This document shows positions 15,001-30,000 of a stretch of DNA of 64,000 nt, piece after piece. Source of the DNA: Eledone cirrhosa. Lineage: Eukaryota. The notes beneath the pieces were generated by a model, which had not been told where the DNA came from, did no database searches, and worked only from the letters and a program-made list of their open reading frames with translations. The position numbers and the translations under genes are program-made. Every line of letters starts with the position of its first letter. Position 1 is the stretch's first letter. The DNA lies in assembly GCA_964016885.1 (NCBI GenBank), contig OZ024755.1, positions 38,936,001 to 39,000,000 on the forward strand. Direction: 5' to 3'.

Positions 15001-18000
15001 TCTCACTAAAGTGTCTTGTATTGGGGTGTCTCACTAAAATGTCTTGTATTGGGGTGTCTCACTAAAGTGTCTTGTATTGGGGTGCCTCACTAAAGTGTCT
15101 TGTATAGGGGTGTCTCACTAAATGTCTTGTATTGGGGTGTCTCACTAAATGTCTTGTATTGAGGTGTCTCACTAAAGTGTCTTGTAATGGGGTGTCTCGC
15201 TAAAGTATCTTGTAGTGGGGTGTCTCACTAAAGTGTCTTGTATTGGGGTGTCTCACTAAAGTGTCTTGTATTGGGGTGTCTCACTAAAGTGTCTTGTATT
15301 GGGGTGTCTCACTAAAGTGTCTTGTATTGGGGTGTCTCACTAAAGTGTCTTGTATTGGGGGTGACTCACCTAAATGACTTGTATTGGGGTGTCTCACTAA
15401 AGTGTCTTGCATTGGGGTGTCTCACTAAAGTGTCTTGTATTGGGTTGTCTTATTAAAGTGTCTTGTATTGGGGTGTCTCACTAAAGTGTCTTGTATTGGG
15501 GTGTCTCACTAAAGTGTCTTGTATTGGGGTGTCTCACTAAAGTGTCTTGTATTGGGGTGTCAAACTAAAGTGTCTTGTATTGGGGTGTCACACTAAAATG
15601 TCTTGTATTGGGGTGTCACACTAAAGTGTCTTGTGTTGGGGTGTCTTACTAAAGTCTCTTGTATTGGGGTGTCTCACTAAAGTGTCTTGTATTGGGGTGT
15701 CTCACTAAAGTCTCTTGTATTGGGGTGTCTCACTAAAGTGTCTTGTATTGGGGTGTCTCACTAAAGTGTCTTGTATTGGGGTGTCTCACTAAAGTCTCTT
15801 GTATTGGGGTGTCTCACTAAAATGTCTTGTATTGGGGTGTCTCACTAAAGTGTCTTGTAGTGGGGTGTCTCACTAAAGTGTCTTGTATTGGGGTGTCTCA
15901 CTAAAGTGTCTTGTATTGGGGTGTCACACTAAAGTGTCTTCTATTGGGGTGTCTCACTAAAGCCTCTTGTATTGCTGTGACTCACCTAAATGTCTTGTAT
16001 TGGGGTGTCTCACTAAAGTGTCTTGTATTGGGGTGTCTCACTAAAATGTCTTGTATTGGGGTGTCACACTAAAGTGTCTTGTATTGGGATGTCTCACTAA
16101 AATGTTTTCTATTGGGGTGTCTCACTAAAGTCTTTTCTATTGGGGTGTCTCACTAAAGTGTCTTGTATTGGGGTGTCTCACTAAAGTGTCTTGTATTGGG
16201 GTGTCTCACTAAAATGTCTTGTATTGGGGTGTCTCACTAAAGTGTCTAGTATTGGGGTGTCACACTAAAGTGTCTTGTATTGGGGTGTCACACTAAAGTG
16301 TCTTGTATTGGGGTGTCTCACTAAAGTGTCTTGTATGGGGGTGTCTCACCTAAATGTCTTGTATTGGGGTGTCTCACTAAAGTGTCTTGTATTGAGGTTG
16401 TCTTACTAAAGTGTCTTGTATAGAGGTGTCGCACTAAAGTGTCTTGTATTGGGGTGTCTCACTAAAATGTCTTGTATTGGGGTGTCTCACTAAAATGTCT
16501 TGTATTGGGATGTCTCACTAAAGTGTCTTGTATTGGGGTGTCTCACTAAAGTGTCTTGTATTGGGGGTGTCTCACTAAAGTGTCTTGTATTGGGGTGTCT
16601 CACTAAAGTGTCTTGTATTGGGGTGTCTCACTAAAGTGTCTTGTATTGGGGTGTCTCACTAAAGTGTCTTGGGTTGGGGTGTCTCACTAAAGTGTCTTGG
16701 GTTGGGGTGTCTCACTAAAGTGTCTTGTATTGGGGTTTCTCACTAAATGTCTTGTATTGAGGTGTCTCGCTAAAGTGTCTTGTAGTGGGGTGTCTCACTA
16801 AAGTGTCTTGTAATGGGGTGTCTCACTAAAGTGTCTTGTATTGGGGTGTCTCACTAAAGTGTCTTGTATTGGGGTGTCTCACTAAAGTGTCTTCTATTGG
16901 GGTGTCACACTAAAGTGTCTTGTATTGGAGTGTCTCGCTAAAGTGTCTAGTATTGGGGTGTCACACTAAAGTGTCTTGTATTGGGGTGTCTCACCAAAGT
17001 GTCTTGTATTGGGGTGTCTCACCAAAGTGCCTTGTATGGGGGTGTCTCACCTAAATGTCTTGTATTGGGGTGTCTCACTAAATGTCTTGTATTGGGGTGT
17101 CTTACTAAAGTGTCTTGTAATGGGGTGTCTCGCTAAAGTATCTTGTAGTGGGGTGTCTCACTAAAGTGTCTTGTATTGGGGTGTCTCACTAAAGTGTCTT
17201 GTATTGGGGTGTCTCACTAAAGTGTCTTGTATTGGGGTGTCTCACTAAAGTGTCTTGTATTGGGGTGTCTCACTAAAGTGTCTTGTATTGGGGTGTCTCA
17301 CTAAAATGTCTTGTATTGGGGTGTCTCACTAAAGTGTCTTGTATTGGGGTGCCTCACTAAAGTGTCTTGTATAGGGGTGTCTCACTAAATGTCTTGAATT
17401 GGGGTGTCTCACTAAATGTCTTGTATTGAGGTGTCTCACTAAAGTGTCTTGTAATGGGGTGTCTCGCTAAAGTATCTTGTAGTGGGGTGTCTCACTAAAG
17501 TGTCTTGTATTGGGGTGTCTCACTAAAGTGTCTTGTATTGGGGTGTCTCACTAAAGTGTCTTGTATTGGGGTGTCTCACTAAAGTGTCTTGTATTGGGGT
17601 GTCTCACTAAAGTGTCTTGTATTGGGGGTGACTCACCTAAATGACTTGTATTGGGGTGTCTCACTAAAGTGTCTTGCATTGGGGTGTCTCACTAAAGTGT
17701 CTTGTATTGGGTTGTCTTATTAAAGTGTCTTGTATTGGGGTGTCTCACTAAAGTGTCTTGTATTGGGGTGTCTCACTAAAGTGTCTTGTATTGGGGTGTC
17801 TCACTAAAGTGTCTTGTATTGGGGTGTCACACTAAAGTGTCTTGTATTGGGGTGTCACACTAAAATGTCTTGTATTGGGGTGTCACACTAAAGTGTCTTG
17901 TGTTGGGGTGTCTTACTAAAGTCTCTTGTATTGGGGTGTCTCACTAAAGTGTCTTGTATTGGGGTGTCTCACTAAAGTCTCTTGTATTGGGGTGTCTCAC

Positions 18001-21000
18001 TAAAGTGTCTTGTATTGGGGTGTCTCACTAAAGTGTCTTGTATTGGGGTGTCTCACTAAAGTCTCTTGTATTGGGGTGTCTCACTAAAATGTCTTGTATT
18101 GGGGTGTCTCACTAAAGTGTCTTGTAGTGGGGTGTCTCACTAAAGTGTCTTGTATTGGGGTGTCTCACTAAAGTGTCTTGTATTGGGGTGTCACACTAAA
18201 GTGTCTTGTATTGGGTGTCTCACTAAAGTGTCTTCTATTGGGGTGTCTCACTAAAGCCTCTTGTATTGCTGTGACTCACCTAAATGTCTTGTATTGGGGT
18301 GTCTCACTAAAGTGTCTTGTATTGGGGTGTCTCACTAAAATGTCTTGTATTGGGGTGTCACACTAAAGTGTCTTGTATTGGGATGTCTCACTAAAATGTT
18401 TTCTATTGGGGTGTCTCACTAAAGTCTTTTCTATTGGGGTGTCTCACTAAAGTGTCTTGTATTGGGGTGTCTCACTAAAGTGTCTTGTATTGGGGTGTCT
18501 CACTAAAATGTCTTGTATTGGGGTGTCTCACTAAAGTGTCTTGTATTGGGAGTGGCTCACTAAAGTGTCTTGTATTGGGGTGTCTCACTAAAGTGTCTTG
18601 TATTGGGGTGTCACACTAAAGTGTCTTGTATTGGGTGTCTCACTAAAGTGTCTTCTATTGGGGTGTCTCACTAAAGCCTCTTGTATTGCGGTGACTCACC
18701 TAAATGTCTTGTATTGGGGTGTCTCACTAAAGTGTCTTGTATTGGGGTGTCTCACTAAAGTGTCTTGTATTGGGGTGTCTCACTAAAATGTCTTGTATTG
18801 GGGTGTCTCACTAAAGTGTCTTGTATTGGGGTGTCTCACTAAAGTGTCTTGTATTGGGGTGTCTCACTAAAGTGTCTTGTATTGGGGTGTCTCACTAAAG
18901 TGTCTTGTATTGGGGGTGTCTCACTAAAGTGTCTTGTATTGGGGTGTCTCACTAAAGTGTCTTGTATTGGGGGTGTCTCACTTAAGTGTCTTGTATTGGG
19001 GTGTCTCGCTAAAGTGTCTTGTATTGGGGTGTCTCACTAAAGTGTCTTGTATTGGGGTGTCTCACTAAAATGTCTTGTATTGGGGTGTCTCACTAAAGTG
19101 TCTTGTATTGGGGTGTTTCACTAAATGTCTTGTATTGAGGTGTCTCACTAAAGTGTCTTGTATTGGGGTGTCTCGCTAAAGTGACTTGTAGTGGGGTGTC
19201 TCACTAAAGTGTCTTGTATTGGGGTGTCTCACTAAAGTGTCTTGTATTGGGGTGTCTCACTAAAGTGTCTTGTATTGGGGTGTCCTGTATTGGGGTGTCT
19301 CACTAAAGTGTCTTGTATTGGGGTGTCTCACTAAAGTGTCTTGTATTGGGGTGTCTCACTAAAGTGTCTTGTATTGGGGTGTCTCACTAAAGTGTCTTGT
19401 ATTGGGGTGTCTCACTAAAGTGTCTTGTATTGGGGTGTCACACTAAAGTGTCTTGTATTGGGTCTCTCACTAAAGTGTCTTCTATTGGGGTGTCTCACTA
19501 AAGTCTCTTGTATTGGGGTGTCTCACTAAAGTGTCTTGTATTGGGGGTGTCTCACTAAAGTGTCTTGTATTGGGGTGTCTCACTAAAGTGTCTTGTATTG
19601 GGGTGTCTCACTAAAGTGTCTTGTATTGGGGTGTCTCACTAAAGTGTCTTGTATTGGGGTGTCTCACTAAAGTGTCTTGTATTGGGGGCGTCTCACTAAA
19701 GTGTCTTGTATTGGGGTGTCTCACTAAAATGTCTTGTATTGGGGGTGTCTCACTAAAGTGTCTTGTAGTGGGGTGTCTCACTAAAGTGTCTTGTATTGGG
19801 GTGTCTCACTAAAGTGTCTTGTATTGGGGTGTCACACTAAAGTGTCTTGTATTGGGTGTCTCACTAAAGTGTCTTCTATTGGGGTGTCTCACTAAAGCCT
19901 CTTGTATTGCTGTGACTCACCTAAATGTCTTGTATTGGGGTGTCTCACTAAAGTGTCTTGTATTGGGGTGTCTCACTAAAATGTCTTGTATTGGGGTGTC
20001 ACACTAAAGTGTCTTGTATTGGGATGTCTCACTAAAATGTTTTCTATTGGGGTGTCTCACTAAAGTCTTTTCTATTGGGGTGTCTCACTAAAGTGTCTTG
20101 TATTGGGGTGTCTCACTAAAGTGTCTTGTATTGGGGTGTCTCACTAAAATGTCTTGTATTGGGGTGTCTCACTAAAGTGTCTAGTATTGGGGTGTCACAC
20201 TAAAGTGTCTTGTATTGGGGTGTCACACTAAAGTGTCTTGTATTGGGGTGTCTCACTAAAGTGTCTTGTATGGGGGTGTCTCACCTAAATGTCTTGTATT
20301 GGGGTGTCTCACTAAAGTGTCTTGTATTGAGGTTGTCTTACTAAAGTGTCTTGTATAGAGGTGTCGCACTAAAGTGTCTTGTATTGGGGTGTCTCACTAA
20401 AATGTCTTGTATTGGGGTGTCTCACTAAAATGTCTTGTATTGGGATGTCTCACTAAAGTGTCTTGTATTGGGGTGTCTCACTAAAGTGTCTTGTATTGGG
20501 GGTGTCTCACTAAAGTGTCTTGTATTGGGGTGTCTCACTAAAGTGTCTTGTATTGGGGTGTCTCACTAAAGTGTCTTGTATTGGGGTGTCTCACTAAAGT
20601 GTCTTGGGTTGGGGTGTCTCACTAAAGTGTCTTGGGTTGGGGTGTCTCACTAAAGTGTCTTGTATTGGGGTTTCTCACTAAATGTCTTGTATTGAGGTGT
20701 CTCGCTAAAGTGTCTTGTAGTGGGGTGTCTCACTAAAGTGTCTTGTAATGGGGTGTCTCACTAAAGTGTCTTGTATTGAGGGTGTCTCACTAAAGTGTCT
20801 TGTATTGGGGTGTCTCACTAAAGTGTCTTGTATTGGGGTGTCTCACTAAAGTGTCTTGTATTGGGGTGTCTCACTAAAGTGTCTTGTATTGGGGTGTCTC
20901 ACTAAAGTGTCTTGTATTGGGGTGTCTCACTAAAGTGTCTTGTATTGGGGTGTCTCACTAAAGTGTCTTGTATTGGTGTGTCTCACTAAAGTGTCTTCTA

Positions 21001-24000
21001 TTGGGGTGTCACACTAAAGTGTCTTGTATTGGAGTGTCTCGCTAAAGTGTCTAGTATTGGGGTGTCACACTAAAGTGTCTTGTATTGGGGTGTCTCACCA
21101 AAGTGTCTTGTATTGGGGTGTCTCACCAAAGTGCCTTGTATGGGGGTGTCTCACCTAAATGTCTTGTATTGGGGTGTCTCACTAAAGTGTCTTGGGTTGG
21201 GGTGTCTCACTAAAGTGTCTTGTATTGGGGTGTCTCACTAAATGTCTTGTATTGGGGTGTCTCACTAAAGTGTCTTGTAATGGGGTGTCTCGCTAAAGTA
21301 TCTTGTAGTGGGGTGTCTCACTAAAGTGTCTTGTATTGGGGTGTCTCACTAAAGTGTCTTGTATTGGGGTGTCTCACTAAAGTGTCTTGTATTGGGGTGT
21401 GTCACTAAAGTGTCTTGTATTGGGGTGTCTCACTAAAGTGTCTTGTATTGGGGTGTCTCACTAAAATGTCTTGTATTGGGGTGTCTCACTAAAGTGTCTT
21501 GTATTGGGGTGCCTCACTAAAGTGTCTTGTATAGGGGTGTCTCACTAAATGTCTTGTATTGGGGTGTCTCACTAAATGTCTTGTATTGAGGTGTCTCACT
21601 AAATGTCTTGTATTGAGGTGTCTCACTAAAGTGTCTTGTAATGGGGTGTCTCGCTAAAGTATCTTGTAGTGGGGTGTCTCACTAAAGTGTCTTGTATTGG
21701 GGTGTCTCACTAAAGTGTCTTGTATTGGGGTGTCTCACTAAAGTGTCTTGTATTGGGGTGTCTCACTAAAGTGTCTTGTATTGGGGTGTCTCACTAAAGT
21801 GTCTTGTATTGGGGGTGACTCACCTAAATGACTTGTATTGGGGTGTCTCACTAAAGTGTCTTGCATTGGGGTGTCTCACTAAAGTGTCTTGTATTGGGTT
21901 GTCTTATTAAAGTGTCTTGTATTGGGGTGTCTCACTAAAGTGTCTTGTATTGGGGTGTCTCACTAAAGTGTCTTGTATTGGGGTGTCTCACTAAAGTGTC
22001 TTGTATTGGGGTGTCACACTAAAGTGTCTTGTATTGGGGTGTCACACTAAAATGTCTTGTATTGGGGTGTCACACTAAAGTGTCTTGTGTTGGGGTGTCT
22101 TACTAAAGTCTCTTGTATTGGGGTGTCTCACTAAAGTGTCTTGTATTGGGGTGTCTCACTAAAGTCTCTTGTATTGGGGTGTCTCACTAAAGTGTCTTGT
22201 ATTGGGGTGTCTCACTAAAGTGTCTTGTATTGGGGTGTCTCACTAAAGTCTCTTGTATTGGGGTGTCTCACTAAAATGTCTTGTATTGGGGTGTCTCACT
22301 AAAGTGTCTTGTAGTGGGGTGTCTCACTAAAGTGTCTTGTATTGGGGTGTCTCACTAAAGTGTCTTGTATTGGGGTGTCACACTAAAGTGTCTTGTATTG
22401 GGTGTCTCACTAAAGTGTCTTCTATTGGGGTGTCTCACTAAAGCCTCTTGTATTGCTGTGACTCACCTAAATGTCTTGTATTGGGGTGTCTCACTAAAGT
22501 GTCTTGTATTGGGGTGTCTCACTAAAATGTCTTGTATTGGGGTGTCACACTAAAGTGTCTTGTATTGGGATGTCTCACTAAAATGTTTTCTATTGGGGTG
22601 TCTCACTAAAGTCTTTTCTATTGGGGTGTCTCACTAAAGTGTCTTGTATTGGGGTGTCTCACTAAAGTGTCTTGTATTGGGGTGTCTCACTAAAATGTCT
22701 TGTATTGGGGTGTCTCACTAAAGTGTCTTGTATTGGGAGTGGCTCACTAAAGTGTCTTGTATTGGGGTGTCTCACTAAAGTGTCTTGTATTGGGGTGTCA
22801 CACTAAAGTGTCTTGTATTGGGTGTCTCACTAAAGTGTCTTCTATTGGGGTGTCTCACTAAAGCCTCTTGTATTGCGGTGACTCACCTAAATGTCTTGTA
22901 TTGGGGTGTCTCACTAAAGTGTCTTGTATTGGGGTGTCTCACTAAAGTGTCTTGTATTGGGGTGTCTCACTAAAATGTCTTGTATTGGGGTGTCTCACTA
23001 AAGTGTCTTGTATTGGGGTGTCTCACTAAAGTGTCTTGTATTGGGGTGTCTCACTAAAGTGTCTTGTATTGGGGTGTCTCACTAAAGTGTCTTGTATTGG
23101 GGGTGTCTCACTAAAGTGTCTTGTATTGGGGTGTCTCACTTAAGTGTCTTGTATTGGGGGTGTCTCACTTAAGTGTCTTGTATTGGGGTGTCTCACTAAA
23201 GTGTCTTGTATTGGGGTGTCTCACTAAAGTGTCTTGTATTGGGGTGTCTCACTAAAATGTCTTGTATTGGGGTGTCTCACTAAAGTGTCTTGTATTGGGG
23301 TGTTTCACTAAATGTCTTGTATTGAGGTGTCTCACTAAAGTGTCTTGTATTGGGGTGTCTCGCTAAAGTGACTTGTAGTGGGGTGTCTCACTAAAGTGTC
23401 TTGTATTGGGGTGTCTCACTAAAGTGTCTTGTATTGGGGTGTCTCACTAAAGTGTCTTGTATTGGGGTGTCCTGTATTGGGGTGTCTCACTAAAGTGTCT
23501 TGTATTGGGGTGTCTCACTAAAGTGTCTTGTATTGGGGTGTCTCACTAAAGTGTCTTGTATTGGGGTGTCTCACTAAAGTGTCTTGTATTGGGGTGTCTC
23601 ACTAAAGTGTCTTGTATTGGGGTGTCACACTAAAGTGTCTTGTATTGGGTCTCTCACTAAAGTGTCTTCTATTGGGGTGTCTCACTAAAGTCTCTTGTAT
23701 TGGGGTGTCTCACTAAAGTGTCTTGTATTGGGGGTGTCTCACTAAAGTGTCTTGTATTGGGGTGTCTCACTAAAGTGTCTTGTATTGGGGTGTCTCACTA
23801 AAGTGTCTTGTATTGGGGTGTCACACTAAAGTGTCTTGTATTGGGTGTCTCACTAAAGTGTCTTCTATTGGGGTGTCTCACTAAAGCCTCTTGTATTGCT
23901 GTGACTCACCTAAATGTCTTGTATTGGGGTGTCTCACTAAAGTGTCTTGTATTGGGGTGTCTCACTAAAATGTCTTGTATTGGGGTGTCACACTAAAGTG

Positions 24001-27000
24001 TCTTGTATTGGGATGTCTCACTAAAATGTTTTCTATTGGGGTGTCTCACTAAAGTCTTTTCTATTGGGGTGTCTCACTAAAGTGTCTTGTATTGGGGTGT
24101 CTCACTAAAGTGTCTTGTATTGGGGTGTCTCACTAAAATGTCTTGTATTGGGGTGTCTCACTAAAGTGTCTTGTATTGGGAGTGGCTCACTAAAGTGTCT
24201 TGTATTGGGGTGTCTCACTAAAGTGTCTTGTATTGGGGTGTCACACTAAAGTGTCTTGTATTGGGTGTCTCACTAAAGTGTCTTCTATTGGGGTGTCTCA
24301 CTAAAGCCTCTTGTATTGCGGTGACTCACCTAAATGTCTTGTATTGGGGTGTCTCACTAAAGTGTCTTGTATTGGGGTGTCTCACTAAAGTGTCTTGTAT
24401 TGGGGTGTCTCACTAAAATGTCTTGTATTGGGGTGTCTCACTAAAGTGTCTTGTATTGGGGTGTCTCACTAAAGTGTCTTGTATTGGGGTGTCTCACTAA
24501 AGTGTCTTGTATTGGGGTGTCTCACTAAAGTGTCTTGTATTGGGGGTGTCTCACTAAAGTGTCTTGTATTGGGGTGTCTCACTAAAGTGTCTTGTATTGG
24601 GGGTGTCTCACTTAAGTGTCTTGTATTGGGGTGTCTCGCTAAAGTGTCTTGTATTGGGGTGTCTCACTAAAGTGTCTTGTATTGGGGTGTCTCACTAAAA
24701 TGTCTTGTATTGGGGTGTCTCACTAAAGTGTCTTGTATTGGGGTGTTTCACTAAATGTCTTGTATTGAGGTGTTTCACTAAATGTCTTGTATTGAGGTGT
24801 CTCACTAAAGTGTCTTGTATTGGGGTGTCTCGCTAAAGTGACTTGTAGTGGGGTGTCTCACTAAAGTGTCTTGTATTGGGGTGTCTCACTAAAGTGTCTT
24901 GTATTGGGGTGTCTCACTAAAGTGTCTTGTATTGGGGTGTCTCACTAAAGTGTCTTGTATTGGGGTGTCACACTAAAGTGTCTTGTATTGGGTCTCTCAC
25001 TAAAGTGTCTTCTATTGGGGTGTCTCACTAAAGTCTCTTGTATTGGGGTGTCTCACTAAAGTGTCTTGTATTGGGGGTGTCTCACTAAAGTGTCTTGTAT
25101 TGGGGTGTCTCACTAAAGTGTCTTGTATTGGGGTGTCTCACTAAAGTGTCTTGTATTGGGGTGTCTCACTAAAGTGTCTTGTATTGGGGTGTCTCACTAA
25201 AGTGTCTTGTATTGGGGGCGTCTCACTAAAGTGTCTTGTATTGGGGTGTCTCACTAAAGTGTCTTGTATTGGGGGTGTCTCACTTAAGTGTCTTGTATTG
25301 GGGTGTCTCGCTAAAGTGTCTTGTATTGGGGTGTCTCACTAAAGTGTCTTGTATTGGGGTGTCTCACTAAAGTGTCTTGTATTGGGGTGTCTCACTAAAA
25401 TGTCTTGTATTGGGGTGTCTCACTAAAGTGTCTTGTATTGGGGTGTTTCACTAAATGTCTTGTATTGAGGTGTCTCACTAAAGTGTCTTGTATTGGGGTG
25501 TCTCGCTAAAGTGACTTGTAGTGGGGTGTCTCACTAAAGTGTCTTGTATTGGGGTGTCTCACTAAAGTGTCTTGTATTGGGGTGTCCTGTATTGGGGTGT
25601 CTCACTAAAGTGTCTTGTATTGGGGTGTCTCACTAAAGTGTCTTGTATTGGGGTGTCTCACTAAAGTGTCTTGTATTGGGGTGTCACACTAAAGTGTCTT
25701 GTATTGGGTCTCTCACTAAAGTGTCTTCTATTGGGGTGTCTCACTAAAGTCTCTTGTATTGCGGTGTCTCACCTAAATGTCTTGTATTGGGGTGTCTCAC
25801 TAAAGTGTCTTGTATTGGGGTGTCTCACTAAAGTGTCTTGTATTGGGGTGTCTCACTAAAGTGTCTTGTATTGGGGTGTCTCACTAAAGTGTCTTGTAGT
25901 GGGGTGTCTCACCTAAAGTGTCTTGTATTGGGGTGTCTCACTAAAGTGTCTTGTATTGGCGGTGTCTCACTAAAGTGTCTTGTATTGGGGTATCTCACTA
26001 AAGTGTCTTGTATTGGGGTGTCCTGTATTGGGGTGTCTCACTAAAGTGTCTTGTATTGGGGTGTCTCACTAAAGTGTCTTCTATTGGGGTGTCACTCTAA
26101 AGTGTCTTGTATTGGAGTGTCTCACTAAAGTGTCTAGTATTGGGGTGTCACACTAAAGTGTCTTGTATTGGGGTGTCACACTAAAGTGTCTTGTATTGGG
26201 GTGTCTCACTAAAGTGTCTTGTATGGGGGTGCCTCACCTAAATGTCTTGTATTGGGGTGTCTCACTAAAGTGTCTTGTATTGAGGTTGTCTTACTAAAGT
26301 GTCTTGTATAGAGGTGTCGCACTAAAGTGTCTTGTATTGGGGTGTCTCACTAAAATGTCTTGTATTGGGGTGTCTCACTAAAATGTCTTGTATTGGGATG
26401 TCTCACTAAAGTGTCTTGTATTGGGGTGTCTCACTAAAGTGTCTTGTATTGGGGTGTCTCACTAAAGTGTCTTGTATTGGGGTGTCTCACTAAAGTGTCT
26501 TGTATTGGGGTGTCTCACTAAAGTGTCTTGTATTGGGGTGTCTCACTAAAGTGTCTTGTATTGGGGTGTCTCACTAAAGTGTCTTGGGTTGGGGTGTCTC
26601 ACTAAAGTGTCTTGGGTTGGGGTGTCTCACTAAAGTGTCTTGTATTGGGGTTTCTCACTAAATGTCTTGTATTGAGGTGTCTCGCTAAAGTGTCTTGTAG
26701 TGGGGTGTCTCACTAAAGTGTCTTGTAATGGGGTGTCTCACTAAAGTGTCTTGTATTGAGGGTGTCTCACTAAAGTGTCTTGTATTGGGGTGTCTCACTA
26801 AAGTGTCTTGTATTGGGGTGTCTCACTAAAGTGTCTTGTATTGGGGTGTCTCACTAAAGTGTCTTGTATTGGGGTGTCTCACTAAAGTGTCTTGTATTGG
26901 GGTGTCTCACTAAAGTGTCTTGTATTGGTGTGTCTCACTAAAGTGTCTTCTATTGGGGTGTCACACTAAAGTGTCTTGTATTGGAGTGTCTCGCTAAAGT

Positions 27001-30000
27001 GTCTAGTATTGGGGTGTCACACTAAAGTGTCTTGTATTGGGGTGTCTCACCAAAGTGTCTTGTATTGGGGTGTCTCACCAAAGTGCCTTGTATGGGGGTG
27101 TCTCACCAAAGTGCCTTGTATGGGGGTGTCTCACCTAAATGTCTTGTATTGGGGTGTCTCACTAAAGTGTCTTGGGTTGGGGTGTCTCACTAAAGTGTCT
27201 TGTATTGGGGTGTCTCACTAAATGTCTTGTATTGGGGTGTCTCACTAAATGTCTTGTATTGGGGTGTCTCACTAAATGTCTTGTATTGAGGTGTCTCACT
27301 AAAGTGTCTTGTATTGGGGTGTCTCACTAAAGTGTCTTGTATTGGGGTGTCTCACTAAAGTGTCTTGTATTGGGGTGTCTCACTAAAGTGTCTTGTATTG
27401 GGGTGTCTCACTAAAATGTCTTGTATTGGGGTGTCTCACTAAAGTGTCTTGTATTGGGGTGCCTCACTAAAGTGTCTTGTATAGGGGTGTCTCACTAAAT
27501 GTCTTGTATTGGGGTGTCTCACTAAATGTCTTGTATTGAGGTGTCTCACTAAAGTGTCTTGTAATGGGGTGTCTCGCTAAAGTATCTTGTAGTGGGGTGT
27601 CTCACTAAAGTGTCTTGTATTGGGGTGTCTCACTAAAGTGTCTTGTATTGGGGTGTCTCACTAAAGTGTCTTGTATTGGGGTGTCTCACTAAAGTGTCTT
27701 GTATTGGGGTGTCTCACTAAAGTGTCTTGTATTGGGGGTGACTCACCTAAATGACTTGTATTGGGGTGTCTCACTAAAGTGTCTTGCATTGGGGTGTCTC
27801 ACTAAAGTGTCTTGTATTGGGTTGTCTTATTAAAGTGTCTTGTATTGGGGTGTCTCACTAAAGTGTCTTGTATTGGGGTGTCTCACTAAAGTGTCTTGTA
27901 TTGGGGTGTTACACTAAAGTGTCTTGTATTGGGGTGTCACACTAAAATGTCTTGTATTGGGGTGTCACACTAAAGTGTCTTGTGTTGGGGTGTCTTACTA
28001 AAGTCTCTTGTATTGGGGTGTCTCACTAAAGTGTCTTGTATTGGGGTGTCTCACTAAAGTCTCTTGTATTGGGGTGTCTCACTAAAGTGTCTTGTATTGG
28101 GGTGTCTCACTAAAGTGTCTTGTATTGGGGTGTCTCACTAAAGTCTCTTGTATTGGGGTGTCTCACTAAAGTCTCTTGTATTGGGGTGTCTCACTAAAAT
28201 GTCTTGTATTGGGGTGTCTCACTAAAGTGTCTTGTAGTGGGGTGTCTCACTAAAGTGTCTTGTATTGGGGTGTCTCACTAAAGTGTCTTGTATTGGGGTG
28301 TCACACTAAAGTGTCTTGTATTGGGTGTCTCACTAAAGTGTCTTCTATTGGGGTGTCTCACTAAAGCCTCTTGTATTGCTGTGACTCACCTAAATGTCTT
28401 GTATTGGGGTGTCTCACTAAAATGTCTTGTATTGGGGTGTCACACTAAAGTGTCTTGTATTGGGATGTCTCACTAAAATGTTTTCTATTGGGGTGTCTCA
28501 CTAAAGTCTTTTCTATTGGGGTGTCTCACTAAAGTGTCTTGTATTGGGGTGTCTCACTAAAGTGTCTTGTATTGGGGTGTCTCACTAAAATGTCTTGTAT
28601 TGGGGTGTCTCACTAAAGTGTCTTGTATTGGGAGTGGCTCACTAAAGTGTCTTGTATTGGGGTGTCTCACTAAAGTGTCTTGTATTGGGGTGTCACACTA
28701 AAGTGTCTTGTATTGGGTGTCTCACTAAAGTGTCTTCTATTGGGGTGTCTCACTAAAGCCTCTTGTATTGCGGTGACTCACCTAAATGTCTTGTATTGGG
28801 GTGTCTCACTAAAGTGTCTTGTATTGGGGTGTCTCACTAAAGTGTCTTGTATTGGGGTGTCTCACTAAAATGTCTTGTATTGGGGTGTCTCACTAAAGTG
28901 TCTTGTATTGGGGTGTCTCACTAAAGTGTCTTGTATTGGGGTGTCTCACTAAAGTGTCTTGTATTGGGGTGTCTCACTAAAGTGTCTTGTATTGGGGGTG
29001 TCTCACTAAAGTGTCTTGTATTGGGGTGTCTCACTTAAGTGTCTTGTATTGGGGGTGTCTCACTTAAGTGTCTTGTATTGGGGTGTCTCACTAAAGTGTC
29101 TTGTATTGGGGTGTCTCACTAAAGTGTCTTGTATTGGGGTGTCTCACTAAAATGTCTTGTATTGGGGTGTCTCACTAAAGTGTCTTGTATTGGGGTGTTT
29201 CACTAAATGTCTTGTATTGAGGTGTCTCACTAAAGTGTCTTGTATTGGGGTGTCTCGCTAAAGTGACTTGTAGTGGGGTGTCTCACTAAAGTGTCTTGTA
29301 TTGGGGTGTCTCACTAAAGTGTCTTGTATTGGGGTGTCTCACTAAAGTGTCTTGTATTGGGGTGTCCTGTATTGGGGTGTCTCACTAAAGTGTCTTGTAT
29401 TGGGGTGTCTCACTAAAGTGTCTTGTATTGGGGTGTCTCACTAAAGTGTCTTGTATTGGGGTGTCTCACTAAAGTGTCTTGTATTGGGGTGTCTCACTAA
29501 AGTGTCTTGTATTGGGGTGTCACACTAAAGTGTCTTGTATTGGGTCTCTCACTAAAGTGTCTTCTATTGGGGTGTCTCACTAAAGTCTCTTGTATTGGGG
29601 TGTCTCACTAAAGTGTCTTGTATTGGGGGTGTCTCACTAAAGTGTCTTGTATTGGGGTGTCTCACTAAAGTGTCTTGTATTGGGGTGTCTCACTAAAGTG
29701 TCTTGTATTGGGGTGTCACACTAAAGTGTCTTGTATTGGGTGTCTCACTAAAGTGTCTTCTATTGGGGTGTCTCACTAAAGCCTCTTGTATTGCTGTGAC
29801 TCACCTAAATGTCTTGTATTGGGGTGTCTCACTAAAGTGTCTTGTATTGGGGTGTCTCACTAAAATGTCTTGTATTGGGGTGTCACACTAAAGTGTCTTG
29901 TATTGGGATGTCTCACTAAAATGTTTTCTATTGGGGTGTCTCACTAAAGTCTTTTCTATTGGGGTGTCTCACTAAAGTGTCTTGTATTGGGGTGTCTCAC